Part shown: positions 35,475 through 44,763 of the stretch, piece by piece
How positions within the stretch are numbered: position 1 is the first letter of the stretch
How the letters are laid out: the number at the start of each line of letters is the position of its first letter
Notes under the pieces: generated by a model
The model's input: only the letters and a program-made list of their open reading frames with translations
What the model was told of the DNA's origin: nothing
Database searches by the model: none
Program-made: the position numbers and the translations under genes
Source of the DNA: a virus
Lineage: Duplodnaviria > Caudoviricetes
Direction: 5' to 3' (one strand)
Length of the DNA stretch: 57,795 nucleotides
Virus record (IMG/VR): IMGVR_UViG_3300005512_000039
Location: 1-57,795 of that record

Positions 35475-36961
35475 TAATCCTTTGCAGCAATAATAAAGTC
35501 GTAAAACTTAATGTTTTTAGTCAGAGTATGAGTATGAGAACCACCACTACCTGCTGCGCCTGTGCTAACAGTGGTCAAAGGATTCTGGTTTTGCCCTGCT
35601 TGTTGGCCCTCACCTGTGCCGACTTTTTGGTAAGTGTGACTATGGCTTGGAATTTGAGCAGTACTCAATGTGGTAGCTCCAGTTGTGGTAGCTCCATTAT
35701 AAGTACTAAATCCTGTTGCACCCCCACTAGTTGCGGTACCCGTTACTAAACGTAAAATAGAGTCATTAATAGCCGCTGTCGTATCTTTAGTCCATCCAGT
35801 AGGAGCGGCAGTTTGGTTAAAAGCCATTTTAGTACCTGCATCAAAACCACCTGAAGCTGCAGGAGCAGTGCTTGTCCATGTAGTACCATCAGACGTTAAA
35901 ATATTGCCTGATGTACCTGGAGCAACAAAATTAGGGGCAGAAGTACCATTACCTACAACTACATTATTAGCGGTCAAAGTTGTAGCACCTGTACCGCCTT
36001 GTGCTACAGATAATGGTGTAGTTAAACCTGATAAAGAAGTAATGTCTGAGTTAGCCCCTGAAGCAGCAGCGGATAAATTAGTCCTTGCCGTGGCTGCATC
36101 AGATGCTCCGGTACCACCATCGGCTACAGCTAAATCCGTAATACCTGAAATAGAGCCGCCAGTAATAGATACACTAGCGGCGGATTGTGTAGCAATAGTC
36201 CCTAAACCTAAAGAAGTTCTAGCAGTAGAACCACTTTCCGCTACAAAGTTAGCACCGTCGCCAACAATAAAATTACCATCAGTAACCGCTAATCCGGCAA
36301 TGTCCGTAAGCCCTGCATCGTATGCTTGAACATTTGTTCCAATCGCAAGACCTAAATTTGTCCTTGCTGTAGCGGCATCAGATGCTCCTGTTCCCCCGTC
36401 AGCAACGGCTAAATCAGTAGTTAGCGTTAAACTTCCCGCAGAAAGGGCTCCGCCCAAAGTCATACTTCCCGCAGAAACAGCTCCAACAATATTTAGCGCA
36501 TCAAAATGAGCGTTGTTAAAAACGTTTGCAGCTACCGCGCCTGTTCCAGCCCCGTCAAAATGAATGACCGCTGTTTTACCGGCAGGAACTTCATAATCAT
36601 TAGAGGCGTTATAAGTACCTTGAAAAACAAGAATACTTCTGCTTCCGGATAAAGCGTTTCTAATATAAATAATTTTTTCTGCGTCGTTAGGTGTTAATTG
36701 AACATAAGCTGACGCACCTAAATCACCGCCATCGTTAAAGATAATAAACCTATTTCTACCATTAGAATCCACACCATCGTTAATGGGTAAACTATTGGGT
36801 GATCCGGAACTACCCGCAGAAGGAAGAGTAATTGTTATTTGACCGTCTAATGACGTATCAATTAAGCTTAAATTGGTGTTTGTGGTTGTGCCCCATGACC
36901 CGGATTGTTCTCCTGTGGCTATGAGCTCAATTCCATTATTTAAGGTATATGAACTAGGCAT
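35474..36961 (-). CDS. tail fibre protein
   Basis: GEQSGSWGTTTNTN N-terminus; repeated TDLAVADGGTGASDAATARTNL; APTGWTK and LSTAQIPSHSH...HTH tip motifs. Confidence 0.9.
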   Translation of the reverse strand: MPSSYTLNNGIELIATGEQSGSWGTTTNTNLSLIDTSLDGQITITLPSAGSSGSPNSLPINDGVDSNGRNRFIIFNDGGDLGASAYVQLTPNDAEKIIYIRNALSGSRSILVFQGTYNASNDYEVPAGKTAVIHFDGAGTGAVAANVFNNAHFDALNIVGAVSAGSMTLGGALSAGSLTLTTDLAVADGGTGASDAATARTNLGLAIGTNVQAYDAGLTDIAGLAVTDGNFIVGDGANFVAESGSTARTSLGLGTIATQSAASVSITGGSISGITDLAVADGGTGASDAATARTNLSAAASGANSDITSLSGLTTPLSVAQGGTGATTLTANNVVVGNGTSAPNFVAPGTSGNILTSDGTTWTSTAPAASGGFDAGTKMAFNQTAAPTGWTKDTTAAINDSILRLVTGTATSGGATGFSTYNGATTTGATTLSTAQIPSHSHTYQKVGTGEGQQAGQNQNPLTTVSTGAAGSGGSHTHTLTKNIKFYDFIIAAKD

Positions 36962-37016
36962 TTTTTATCCTTTGATAAAATCAAATATTAACACATTAAT
37001 TATAAGTTATTGTAGT

Positions 37017-38051
37017 TTAGGCCGCTATCTTTTCCCAATTAGGTGATTGAGAGGGGCTTATTTTGCTCCAAACTAGAGCTTGACCCACAACCCCTGACGC
37101 ACTTTCGCCAGTAAGAAAAACATTTGTCCTATATGATACCGTAACTGTGCCTTCAGAGGCAGTTGATTCAATTCCAGTAAGATTTATGATTTGGCCAACT
37201 TGGGTTGTAACTGAACCAACCGAACCCGTAGCGGATACGCCTGTTGTAGGTATATTTACATCAGGTTGTACTACAAAGCTTCCTACCGCAGTTACACCTT
37301 GCTCACCATTCAAAATGACTACAGGGGCATCACCCGTTACCGTAACTGAATTTATTGCGCTAGTAGAAGATACTCCGGTCAAACTTATCGAAACATCTTC
37401 TTTAATAGCCGCCGTTCCAACTGACCCTGTTGCAGCGACACCTGTTGCTGAAACATTTTGATCAGTAGTTAAACTTATATTTCCAATAGAGCCGGTGGTA
37501 AATATTCCATTTGGCGTAACAACTTGTCCCGTAAGAGCTTCTGCATCTCCAACCGAAGCGGTCGCAGACTCACCCGTAACAGAAAAAGTCTGGTTTGTAA
37601 TCAAGCTTACATTACCAACCGACCCGGTTGCAGAAATACCCGCCGCTGAAACATTCTGATTTGTGATGAAACTTACGTTGCCAACAGAACTTGTTGAAGA
37701 TACCCCTGTTGGAGTAACAGTCTGTCTAACACCCGCACTTACTGTTCCAACGGCAGTAGTAGCCGCTGTTCCCGTAAGAGTTACGGTTCCATCACCCGTG
37801 ATTGTTACCGATCCAGGTGAGGCCGTAACTTCATTTCCAGTTACATTTGAAACCGCATCAATAACAACCGAAACAGACCCGGTTGATGCAGTCGCAGACA
37901 GCCCCGTACTCGGTACGTTTGCTACAGCGGAGACGGAGACAGAACCTACTTGACCGGAGGCTGCTGTAACCGTTACAGAACCTTCACCCCACGTGAGTTC
38001 ACCCCACGTGCCACGTCCCCACCCAGTAAATGGGACGGAGACATCAGCCAT
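37017..38051 (-). CDS. Ser/Thr/Gly/Val-repeat virion fibre protein
   Basis: GWGRGTWG then ~21-aa TGVSATGSVG repeats. Confidence 0.75.
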   Translation of the reverse strand: MADVSVPFTGWGRGTWGELTWGEGSVTVTAASGQVGSVSVSAVANVPSTGLSATASTGSVSVVIDAVSNVTGNEVTASPGSVTITGDGTVTLTGTAATTAVGTVSAGVRQTVTPTGVSSTSSVGNVSFITNQNVSAAGISATGSVGNVSLITNQTFSVTGESATASVGDAEALTGQVVTPNGIFTTGSIGNISLTTDQNVSATGVAATGSVGTAAIKEDVSISLTGVSSTSAINSVTVTGDAPVVILNGEQGVTAVGSFVVQPDVNIPTTGVSATGSVGSVTTQVGQIINLTGIESTASEGTVTVSYRTNVFLTGESASGVVGQALVWSKISPSQSPNWEKIAA

Positions 38052-38497
38052 TACGCTATCCTAATAATTGCGTTACTAGCGTCAGCAGTAGGGAAAACAA
38101 TAGTAAAGTCACCAGCGGTACTAGACTTATCTGCACCAAAATCCAAAACAATTACGGAAGGATTCGTTAAAGCAATCGATGTCGTGTTTGGAGTAGTGTT
38201 ATATATCAAAGCACCTCTTGCCGTGATTGTCGCTGTAGTAAACGTCAAATCAGCAAAATCTGTAAGAGCCGTTGTACCGCTAGTACTTGGATCTACGTTT
38301 GTCAAAGCTGCTCCACCAGAAGTGTAACCTGTTCCGCTGGCCTCGTTAGTAGCAGAAAAAGCCGTAGTGGAGGCATCTAATGTTGCTGATGAAGTATATA
38401 GCGCCAACTTAAAAGTGTCTGCGCCGTTTGCAAAATCATGTGCACCAAACATCAATTCTTTCTTGAACGATGTGCACATTGCTTGGGTAATGGCCAT
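38051..38497 (-). CDS. virion structural protein
   Basis: CTSFKKEL...FKLALYTSSA...GYTSGG...ARGALIYN...VLDFGADK. Confidence 0.75.
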   Translation of the reverse strand: MAITQAMCTSFKKELMFGAHDFANGADTFKLALYTSSATLDASTTAFSATNEASGTGYTSGGAALTNVDPSTSGTTALTDFADLTFTTATITARGALIYNTTPNTTSIALTNPSVIVLDFGADKSSTAGDFTIVFPTADASNAIIRIA

Positions 38498-38498
38498 A

Positions 38499-38801
38499 TT
38501 AAAGTCTCCTTATTAATTCAGCTAACTCTGGTTGGCCAGCGTCAACTATGGCGTTAAAAATTGTTGTTCTATCACTTTTTATAGCTTCTCTCATGTATAA
38601 AGAAATAACTTTAACCACGTGATTCCTAAAAGCATGAGCTTGATTTCTAATTATAGGGTCCGCCGTATCTGATATAGATATAATTTTATCCGCACATCGC
38701 TCGGCTATCTCTTCTGGCGTAAACCCCCGATTATTTGTTGTTTCAACATTAACCGCAAAATTTCCACCAACATTTAAATTTAAAGCTTCCGTAGTAATCA
38801 T
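38499..38801 (-). CDS. conserved hypothetical protein
   Basis: 100-aa ORF in structural operon. Confidence 0.7.
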   Translation of the reverse strand: MITTEALNLNVGGNFAVNVETTNNRGFTPEEIAERCADKIISISDTADPIIRNQAHAFRNHVVKVISLYMREAIKSDRTTIFNAIVDAGQPELAELIRRL

Positions 38802-39448
38802 TGTTTAACTCGTATAACTTTTCCGGTTCTATACTCATCCGTAACTTCTTTGGCCTCACCAAACATCTTAAGACCAAGCATAGCCTCAGCAAATCGTTTT
38901 TCGTATGAAGCCATTAAATCAGCCTCACCCTTCATATAAGTGTAAGCTTCTAATAATGTTCCGTAAAGCATGGATATTTCAGCGTTTTCACTAAGCCACG
39001 TTGTTCCACTATCCGACCCTGCCGTCAAACTTGCAGGTCGATAGAAATAATGTAATTCTACATTGTAGGAGCTGTCTGGAGTAGGCCCAATGATAAAGTT
39101 ATCTATGTTGTAAACAGCATAATAGCGAGGACCTCCAGTTGTCGTTGGATCTGGGTTAAATGCCTGAACAAAGTCAGAATCTTTAAACTCCAAAAACTGG
39201 TGATCATTGTTGGCATCAATATACGACAACGAAAAAGGAGCTAAGAAATCACTAGGACAATTCAGATACTGATTACCCGAAGTAAGTATACCGCTCGCAT
39301 TTGTTCTGAAAAAACTAAGCTGAATGTTTTTTAAAATACGTTCTTCGGCTTGACGAATAAATATAGGTAGATTATTCACAAACGACGTTTCGTCGTTTTC
39401 TGTGTAATCTTGAACCGCTTGTTTTAACTGTGCATATGTAAAACTCAT
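38798..39448 (-). CDS. head-tail adaptor / tail tubular protein
   Basis: YAQLKQAVQDY, AEERI, PTPDSSYNVELHY. Confidence 0.75.
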   Translation of the reverse strand: MSFTYAQLKQAVQDYTENDETSFVNNLPIFIRQAEERILKNIQLSFFRTNASGILTSGNQYLNCPSDFLAPFSLSYIDANNDHQFLEFKDSDFVQAFNPDPTTTGGPRYYAVYNIDNFIIGPTPDSSYNVELHYFYRPASLTAGSDSGTTWLSENAEISMLYGTLLEAYTYMKGEADLMASYEKRFAEAMLGLKMFGEAKEVTDEYRTGKVIRVKQ

Positions 39449-39750
39449 GATGTCGTCACCGTAACCAAACCAACTTGACCAAATCCTGTAACAGGTTTTA
39501 AATTTTCGTTTTCCACTGAAGGAACACCTACGTAAACAGTAACAGGCTCTATCCTGTCCGGTCTTGCGTTTTGTAAAGCTTGAGGATCGGATACTTTTCT
39601 AAACGGACCTAGCTGCGGGTGTTTTGGTTCGTATTGATCCGGCCCTACAAGTAAACCGTTCCATTCACGACGCATAACTTTATACGGATACCTAAACCCG
39701 GATCTATCGCAGATAGCATAAGAATCTTTACCTGATGCAAACTTAGCCAT
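39445..39750 (-). CDS. conserved virion-associated protein
   Basis: ICDRSGFRYPY...EWNGLLV...EPKHPQL...ARPD. Confidence 0.7.
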   Translation of the reverse strand: MAKFASGKDSYAICDRSGFRYPYKVMRREWNGLLVGPDQYEPKHPQLGPFRKVSDPQALQNARPDRIEPVTVYVGVPSVENENLKPVTGFGQVGLVTVTTS

Positions 39751-40421
39751 TATCCCGACCTGTAGTAACTAAACTTTGGAACTACGTTAAAAGAGGCTCT
39801 ATCTCGATCTTCTTCAGCGGCCCTTTGAAACTCTTCTTCATAAATAGTTTTTAACATGGGAGTCATCTTAGGGTTTTTCTTCAAAGATAAATAATACGCC
39901 AGACCCGCCGCTAAACAAGGATAAAACCTAAAAGGAAGATCCATTGTGTTAGTAAAAGTGTCTGCGTCATCCATTCGAGTCAAAGCATCATAGTACACAG
40001 TGTACGAAGTAGAGCTGTCAGGGACAGGCCATACTTTTAAGTTAGGCGTAAGCTGCCTATCCAAAAAGAATTGATTAGGTCTACCCGATGTTGTTTTTGT
40101 GGGTATAGTTAAATATTCATCTCGGCTTAATCGCTCTAATGAATAGTCGGTACCCGAAACTCTGACCACTACAGACAGAACATCTATTACATCAGCAGAT
40201 AAATCATATTCGCCATCATTGGCGACAAGCGTCAAAGACCGCTGTTTAATCGTCCATTGATTTAACCCACGATTAGCCCAGTCAGCAAGCATAAGATTAA
40301 GAGACCTTTTAGCCGTTTTTAGGTCGTAACCGGTCCGGACTTCTAAGCCACAACGCTCAAAAGCCTCTTCGATGTAATCTGCTACATCTAACTCAAAATC
40401 TTTGCTTCCTGAAGTAGCCAT
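39750..40421 (-). CDS. head-tail adaptor protein
   Basis: IEEAFERCG, AKRSLNLMLADWANRGLN, GRP.Q, VWPVPD. Confidence 0.75.
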   Translation of the reverse strand: MATSGSKDFELDVADYIEEAFERCGLEVRTGYDLKTAKRSLNLMLADWANRGLNQWTIKQRSLTLVANDGEYDLSADVIDVLSVVVRVSGTDYSLERLSRDEYLTIPTKTTSGRPNQFFLDRQLTPNLKVWPVPDSSTSYTVYYDALTRMDDADTFTNTMDLPFRFYPCLAAGLAYYLSLKKNPKMTPMLKTIYEEEFQRAAEEDRDRASFNVVPKFSYYRSG

Positions 40422-40423
40422 AA

Positions 40424-40594
40424 TTAGGTTGCCTTAACTAACTTATACCCTTTTGCTTTAGCCTTTGCGCGAAGCTCTGCAACGCTCATGCCGTTAGTAG
40501 CCTCACCACCTTTTTTCATTTTCTTAACCATACCGCCGCCGCGCATTTTCTTAACCATACCGCCGCCGCGCATTTTCTTAGGTGACATCGCCAT
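40424..40594 (-). CDS. 56-aa very basic protein with MxxGG repeats (not in ORF track)
   Basis: MAMSPKKMRGGGMVKKMRGGGMVKKMKKGGEATNGMSVAELRAKAKAKGYKLVKAT*; AGGAG RBS. Confidence 0.85.
   Translation of the reverse strand: MAMSPKKMRGGGMVKKMRGGGMVKKMKKGGEATNGMSVAELRAKAKAKGYKLVKAT
40517..40580. repeat. 27-bp tandem repeat (2.4 copies), in frame
   Basis: CATTTTCTTAACCATACCGCCGCCGCG x2 + CATTTTCTTA. Confidence 0.95.
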
Positions 40595-41159
40595 TTTTTA
40601 ATCTCCTGTAAAGTTCTTCCCTACGTTTGAAAATATGAGAAGCATTATACTCCTCATCATATCTATCATAATACCCGTTTTTCTTGATTTTGTACGCAGA
40701 CTCTTGCAATTTAGACAGTCTTTGAACAAAAACCATTGCATAATTTACTTCAGTCAACGGTTCAAAATCAGCTTCTTCCGAAAACTCTGGGGCTTCATCA
40801 TAAGGATGAAATCCCATAACCCACATATCTCTATCTATAAAAAAACCTCTTGAAATTGCAGTGTTTACCTCGTCTAAAAACGCATGAAATTTGTCAGGGT
40901 CCTCATCAAACGTAAAATCAACCAGTATGGCTAGGTCGTGCGTGTCTGTCCACTGCGACAAAGCCGTGTATAAATCTTGATAGCTGTCTTCGTTTTTAAA
41001 CAAAAAAGCTACTTTATCATCTAACCAGGCCCCTCTAGCAAAAGGGCATGGCGCTAAATTATTAAAAAATTTATTAGGTTTTTCTAATATCTTTTCAGAC
41101 CAAGACCTAATTTCATCTACCACTGCCTTTTCTACAGGATCTCCAATAAAAAAAGTCAT
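40578..41159 (-). CDS. hypothetical protein (DUF1415-like)
   Basis: PCPFA and GFHP motifs. Confidence 0.6.
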   Translation of the reverse strand: MTFFIGDPVEKAVVDEIRSWSEKILEKPNKFFNNLAPCPFARGAWLDDKVAFLFKNEDSYQDLYTALSQWTDTHDLAILVDFTFDEDPDKFHAFLDEVNTAISRGFFIDRDMWVMGFHPYDEAPEFSEEADFEPLTEVNYAMVFVQRLSKLQESAYKIKKNGYYDRYDEEYNASHIFKRREELYRRLKNGDVT

Positions 41160-41485
41160 ACTCTTTTAGAAACCGCGCCGATAGTGTATTTTTTTCTGTC
41201 AGGCAAAATTTTACCGCAACCTATAGCAACAACCCCACCGTTTTCCATTTTTCTAACTTTAGCTTTTTCTGTATTAGAAACAACCTGTTTACCTTTAGAA
41301 CCTTCTCGTTTCTTTTTACGGGCCGTTGAAGCTCTTTCTGATTTGCTTAAACTCTGCGCCTTTGCTTTAGGCAAGCAGCGATCCGGGTTTTTCTTGTTTT
41401 TTGACGTACCACAAGCTCCTGCAATGTTACCTGAGCTATCTATGCGGACCCATTCCTCATCTACCCAATCTTGCAGCTTACCCAT
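41156..41485 (-). CDS. basic virion-associated protein (DUF5872-like)
   Basis: LQDWVDEEWV...CG...RCLPKAKA...; MENGG motif. Confidence 0.7.
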   Translation of the reverse strand: MGKLQDWVDEEWVRIDSSGNIAGACGTSKNKKNPDRCLPKAKAQSLSKSERASTARKKKREGSKGKQVVSNTEKAKVRKMENGGVVAIGCGKILPDRKKYTIGAVSKRV

Positions 41486-41724
41486 TACTTACCCTTTCGC
41501 TTTCCGCCCTTAGACTTCTTAGCGTAATTAGGGTCTTTACAGTACTTTGAAGCAGCTAAATTAGCGTAAGCGCTAGGATAAGTATCAAAAGTTCTTTTTG
41601 CCCAAGCTTTACCTTCCGGACAAATTTTACTTCCTTTTGATTTGCTAGAAACCGCACCGCCTTTCCTATAGTACGTAACTTCGCAAGGAGAAGGTTTAGG
41701 ACCTGTTTTTACTCTAGATCCCAT
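41485..41724 (-). CDS. small basic protein
   Basis: AKRTFDTYPSAYAN motif; YRKGG motif. Confidence 0.7.
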   Translation of the reverse strand: MGSRVKTGPKPSPCEVTYYRKGGAVSSKSKGSKICPEGKAWAKRTFDTYPSAYANLAASKYCKDPNYAKKSKGGKRKGK

Positions 41725-41725
41725 T

Positions 41726-41911
41726 TTATCCGCCCCAAAGTCTTTGTATCCAAGGAGATGCCATAATGGCTATGATTAAAGCCCACATCATTTTACGCAA
41801 CCATTTTAATTCTTCTTTATGGTCGTCTAAACGATCTTCAATGCGTTGATATCGAAGATCACACTTTTCTTCGTGGTGGGCTAGTTTAGCTAAAACTTCC
41901 TCTGGGCTCAT
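41726..41911 (-). CDS. XhlA-like coiled-coil/TM protein (start corrected to MSPEEV)
   Basis: HEEKCDLRYQRI coiled coil plus C-terminal TM helix. Confidence 0.65.
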   Translation of the reverse strand: MSPEEVLAKLAHHEEKCDLRYQRIEDRLDDHKEELKWLRKMMWALIIAIMASPWIQRLWGG

Positions 41912-41915
41912 ATCA

Positions 41916-42200
41916 TCACCATGCTTTACATGACCAGTATCTGGCTGAAAATTTATCTTTCGCGGTGTCACAACTGTGCCGCGCCCTAAAATTTTTTCTA
42001 CGCCCCGGTTGGTCTTTTTTAATTGACATGTTTGGATCGCCAAACCGGACCAACTTAATCTCAGAGCCTTTCTTAGCGAGAACAGCGCTCTTTTTAGCCT
42101 TTCCCGGAGTTCGTTTTGGTTTGTTAAAACCCGCAAACGTCTCACCGCGATAGCTGATACGCCCTGAAGGAAGCCGCTTAACGTCCTTGGTGGTAGCCAT
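41916..42200 (-). CDS. small basic conserved phage protein
   Basis: VRFGDPNM...RRKNFRARHSC...SARYWSCKAW. Confidence 0.8.
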   Translation of the reverse strand: MATTKDVKRLPSGRISYRGETFAGFNKPKRTPGKAKKSAVLAKKGSEIKLVRFGDPNMSIKKDQPGRRKNFRARHSCDTAKDKFSARYWSCKAW

Positions 42201-42949
42201 TAAAGGTTACCTCCGTTGTCTACTAGAACGCCGTTAAAAGACGCCGACAAAGCGTTACTCTGGTTCTTGTTACAGATACCCCGGACTTCTACGTCCGACT
42301 TTTCCGTCACCTTAATCGGATACGCAAAAGGATAGTAAATCTGACTTTCCACAACATCCAGCTTAACCTGTGTGCGGAACACACCGCCAAACGGCTTTAC
42401 AAGAAAGCGAACGGTCATAAACACGCCGCCCGAAGTTCCTGTGCCGTGCGTAGCGATGCCCTCGCTAATGTACAGGGTTTTCCCGGCGGGGACGGTGTAT
42501 ACCGCCATCAGGGTCTGGTTTTCACCGGCGCTGATCTGAGCATACGTCGTTCCGCCATTGGCTATCGTGATATTGCCAGCCGGAGATGTTGCTCCGCTAA
42601 CGTATGCCCGGAAGACGCGAAGAAACAGACCCGTTGTTGTGGCTGTCCCGCTGGCGTTTAGGGTGACTTCTTCCTCTAGCTCGTTATAACTAGCATCCAA
42701 GCCAGAAATCAAGACGGTAACGCCAGAGTCCGTCGCACCACTGGCCGAAGTAACCGTCATGGCCACCGCGGATCCGGGATAAGCGTAGACGCCGCCCACA
42801 TCCCAAATGGTTTCTTCGACGTTCAGAATTGCAGGGTTATACCCGTACTTGAACAGGGTATTATGGTATGAGATCTGATCGCGAGCAACCTGAAGCTCAA
42901 ATGGTTCAGAAGTACCTACACGAGAAATAGAACTTACTTCACGAGCCAT
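42200..42949 (-). CDS. putative capsid fibre/decoration protein
   Basis: beta-rich, QTLMAVYTVPAGKTLY; in head module. Confidence 0.6.
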   Translation of the reverse strand: MAREVSSISRVGTSEPFELQVARDQISYHNTLFKYGYNPAILNVEETIWDVGGVYAYPGSAVAMTVTSASGATDSGVTVLISGLDASYNELEEEVTLNASGTATTTGLFLRVFRAYVSGATSPAGNITIANGGTTYAQISAGENQTLMAVYTVPAGKTLYISEGIATHGTGTSGGVFMTVRFLVKPFGGVFRTQVKLDVVESQIYYPFAYPIKVTEKSDVEVRGICNKNQSNALSASFNGVLVDNGGNL

Positions 42950-42960
42950 ATCGGTACCCC

Positions 42961-43236
42961 TTAACTATAAAATATAGTCATAGCGGTGATATTAGTAGCC
43001 GTATCAATTTCAATATCACTAGTAAACAAAAGACCTTCGTCTGGAATGTTGACCGAGTGAGAATCTGAAGCTAAGAAATCAATATCAAGAACTGTTGATC
43101 CCCCACTCCCATCCGTCAAAGTCAACCGTCCAGCACCCGCACCAGTCAATACCTGAACCTGGCGGAGTCGGGCTCGACCTACTGAAGCCGAGCCTGTCCC
43201 GGTCAGACGTTTTGCTTTTACGTCTGAATTAGCCAT
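42961..43236 (-). CDS. small virion structural protein
   Basis: beta-rich 91 aa, IPDEGLLF motif. Confidence 0.65.
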   Translation of the reverse strand: MANSDVKAKRLTGTGSASVGRARLRQVQVLTGAGAGRLTLTDGSGGSTVLDIDFLASDSHSVNIPDEGLLFTSDIEIDTATNITAMTIFYS

Positions 43237-43246
43237 AAGTTACCCC

Positions 43247-43690
43247 TTAAGAGAGGTTGTTGTTCTGTAGATAAAGAACAGTTACCGTAGCTGCACCTGC
43301 GGTAGCCGCAGTTCCAGTTTGGTTATATGTAACTGTCACATTTACATCAGAAGAACCGATATCAATCAGATTTGGGATCTGAGACACGTCTGATGTAGCA
43401 AGAACTCTAGCCGCACTGCCAACTGCAAGCGCGTCAGCGTATTGATCTGCTGTTGAACCATCACCAATATCAAACGTGTTGGTTGTTCCTGCATCAAATG
43501 CAGTCGTTACATCAACAGCGATTTGATAAATTTGACTGTTGGCAGGTAGTGTTGCAACAACGGTTTCTGTGCCATCTGCACCGAAAACAACGTTTGCACT
43601 TTGTGCCATTAGAACAAAACCGACGTTGGCAGATGCGCCTTCGCGGACTGAACCGGCCTTAATAGGACCAGAAAAAGTAGTAGTAGCCAT
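43247..43690 (-). CDS. capsid decoration/cement protein (start MATTTFSGP)
   Basis: AGGAG RBS; TTFSGPIK, LPANSQI, ATAGAATVTVLY; follows MCP. Confidence 0.7.
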   Translation of the reverse strand: MATTTFSGPIKAGSVREGASANVGFVLMAQSANVVFGADGTETVVATLPANSQIYQIAVDVTTAFDAGTTNTFDIGDGSTADQYADALAVGSAARVLATSDVSQIPNLIDIGSSDVNVTVTYNQTGTAATAGAATVTVLYLQNNNLS

Positions 43691-43768
43691 GTTTTTCTCC
43701 TGTCGTGGCAAATGTCAGTCGCACCATGCGAACTGTCAGGGTACCTATAGCATACAAAAAATTTAAAC

Positions 43769-43800
43769 AAAAAGAAAGGGATAGTTTTACCTATCCCTTT
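43769..43800 (-). terminator. intrinsic terminator after major capsid gene
   Basis: AAAGGGATAG/CTATCCCTTT stem with T-rich tail on minus strand. Confidence 0.75.
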
Positions 43801-43841
43801 CCCAACCTTTAATATAAAATTTTGTCTTATATTACAATGGT

Positions 43842-44750
43842 TTATGCAGCACCTGGAGTACCAAAAACAGAACGCCAGTCAGAAACACCAAAGCTGTAAC
43901 GCTCTCGTGCCTTGAATCGCATGTTTCCAGTATCAAAATCTCCTTCCATTGCCGTTTTAATTGGCGAACGGTTGAAGTATTTGAATCCGTTAGGTGCGTC
44001 TGTCTTAATGAAGAATGCGTCTGTATCCGTTAGGAAGTGGTTAACCACTGCGCCATCAGGAATCATACCCATGTTCTTCATTGCGTTAGTGTCGTTGTCA
44101 GCAGTTCCTGAACGTAGATTTGAGTTAATAACCCGCTCCGCAATAAATTGCAGTTCTTTAGGGATAATCAACTTTGTTCCACGAACAGCGATCTTTAGAC
44201 CACGCTCATCGGTAAGACCTGCAATGTCAATAAGCATCTGCTCAAGAGAGGTCTCGTTGAGGTCAGCTGCTACAGTCAATACGTTACGCTGGTTTCCAGA
44301 CAAGCTAGGGTGAGCGGATGAGCAAAGAGCTGCACCATCACCGACAGGGAAGCTAGTATTGAACGCATTGTTCAAAATAGCTGCTGCCTTGATCTGCTTT
44401 GTTTGGGCCATTGAACGTGCAAGAGCCTTTGTATATCGAGATGCAAGACGATCATAAAGGTTATCTTCGATAGCCTCTTCTGTAATCGAGAATGCAAGTG
44501 CGATAGTTTCGTGTGTGTAACGAGCTGTAAATGTTTCCTGAGCATCGTCAAAACTGATGGCATTACCCTCATTTTTAACAGGTGCTGTGGAGAAACCAGC
44601 GAGCATTACTTCTTCTTCGAAAGCGCGGTCAGATGACTCCTCTTCAAAGATTTCAGCATGCTCATTTTCGTAACGGTTGTATTCGAGCCCGAACAAGGCA
44701 TTAAGGCCGGGTTCTAGCTCTTTCGCCAGTTGTGCGCGAGAAATAGCCAT
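43842..44750 (-). CDS. major capsid protein
   Basis: MAISRAQLAKELEPGLNALFGLEY...KARERYSFGVSDWR; follows scaffold, strong RBS, terminator downstream. Confidence 0.92.
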   Translation of the reverse strand: MAISRAQLAKELEPGLNALFGLEYNRYENEHAEIFEEESSDRAFEEEVMLAGFSTAPVKNEGNAISFDDAQETFTARYTHETIALAFSITEEAIEDNLYDRLASRYTKALARSMAQTKQIKAAAILNNAFNTSFPVGDGAALCSSAHPSLSGNQRNVLTVAADLNETSLEQMLIDIAGLTDERGLKIAVRGTKLIIPKELQFIAERVINSNLRSGTADNDTNAMKNMGMIPDGAVVNHFLTDTDAFFIKTDAPNGFKYFNRSPIKTAMEGDFDTGNMRFKARERYSFGVSDWRSVFGTPGAA

Positions 44751-44763
44751 GGTTTAACCCTCC

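Noticed and set aside
36075-36422. Repeated DLAVADGGTGASDAATARTNL as a DGR template/variable repeat pair
   Set aside because: Both copies are in frame within the fibre, differ mainly at synonymous positions rather than adenine-specific sites, and no reverse transcriptase is present
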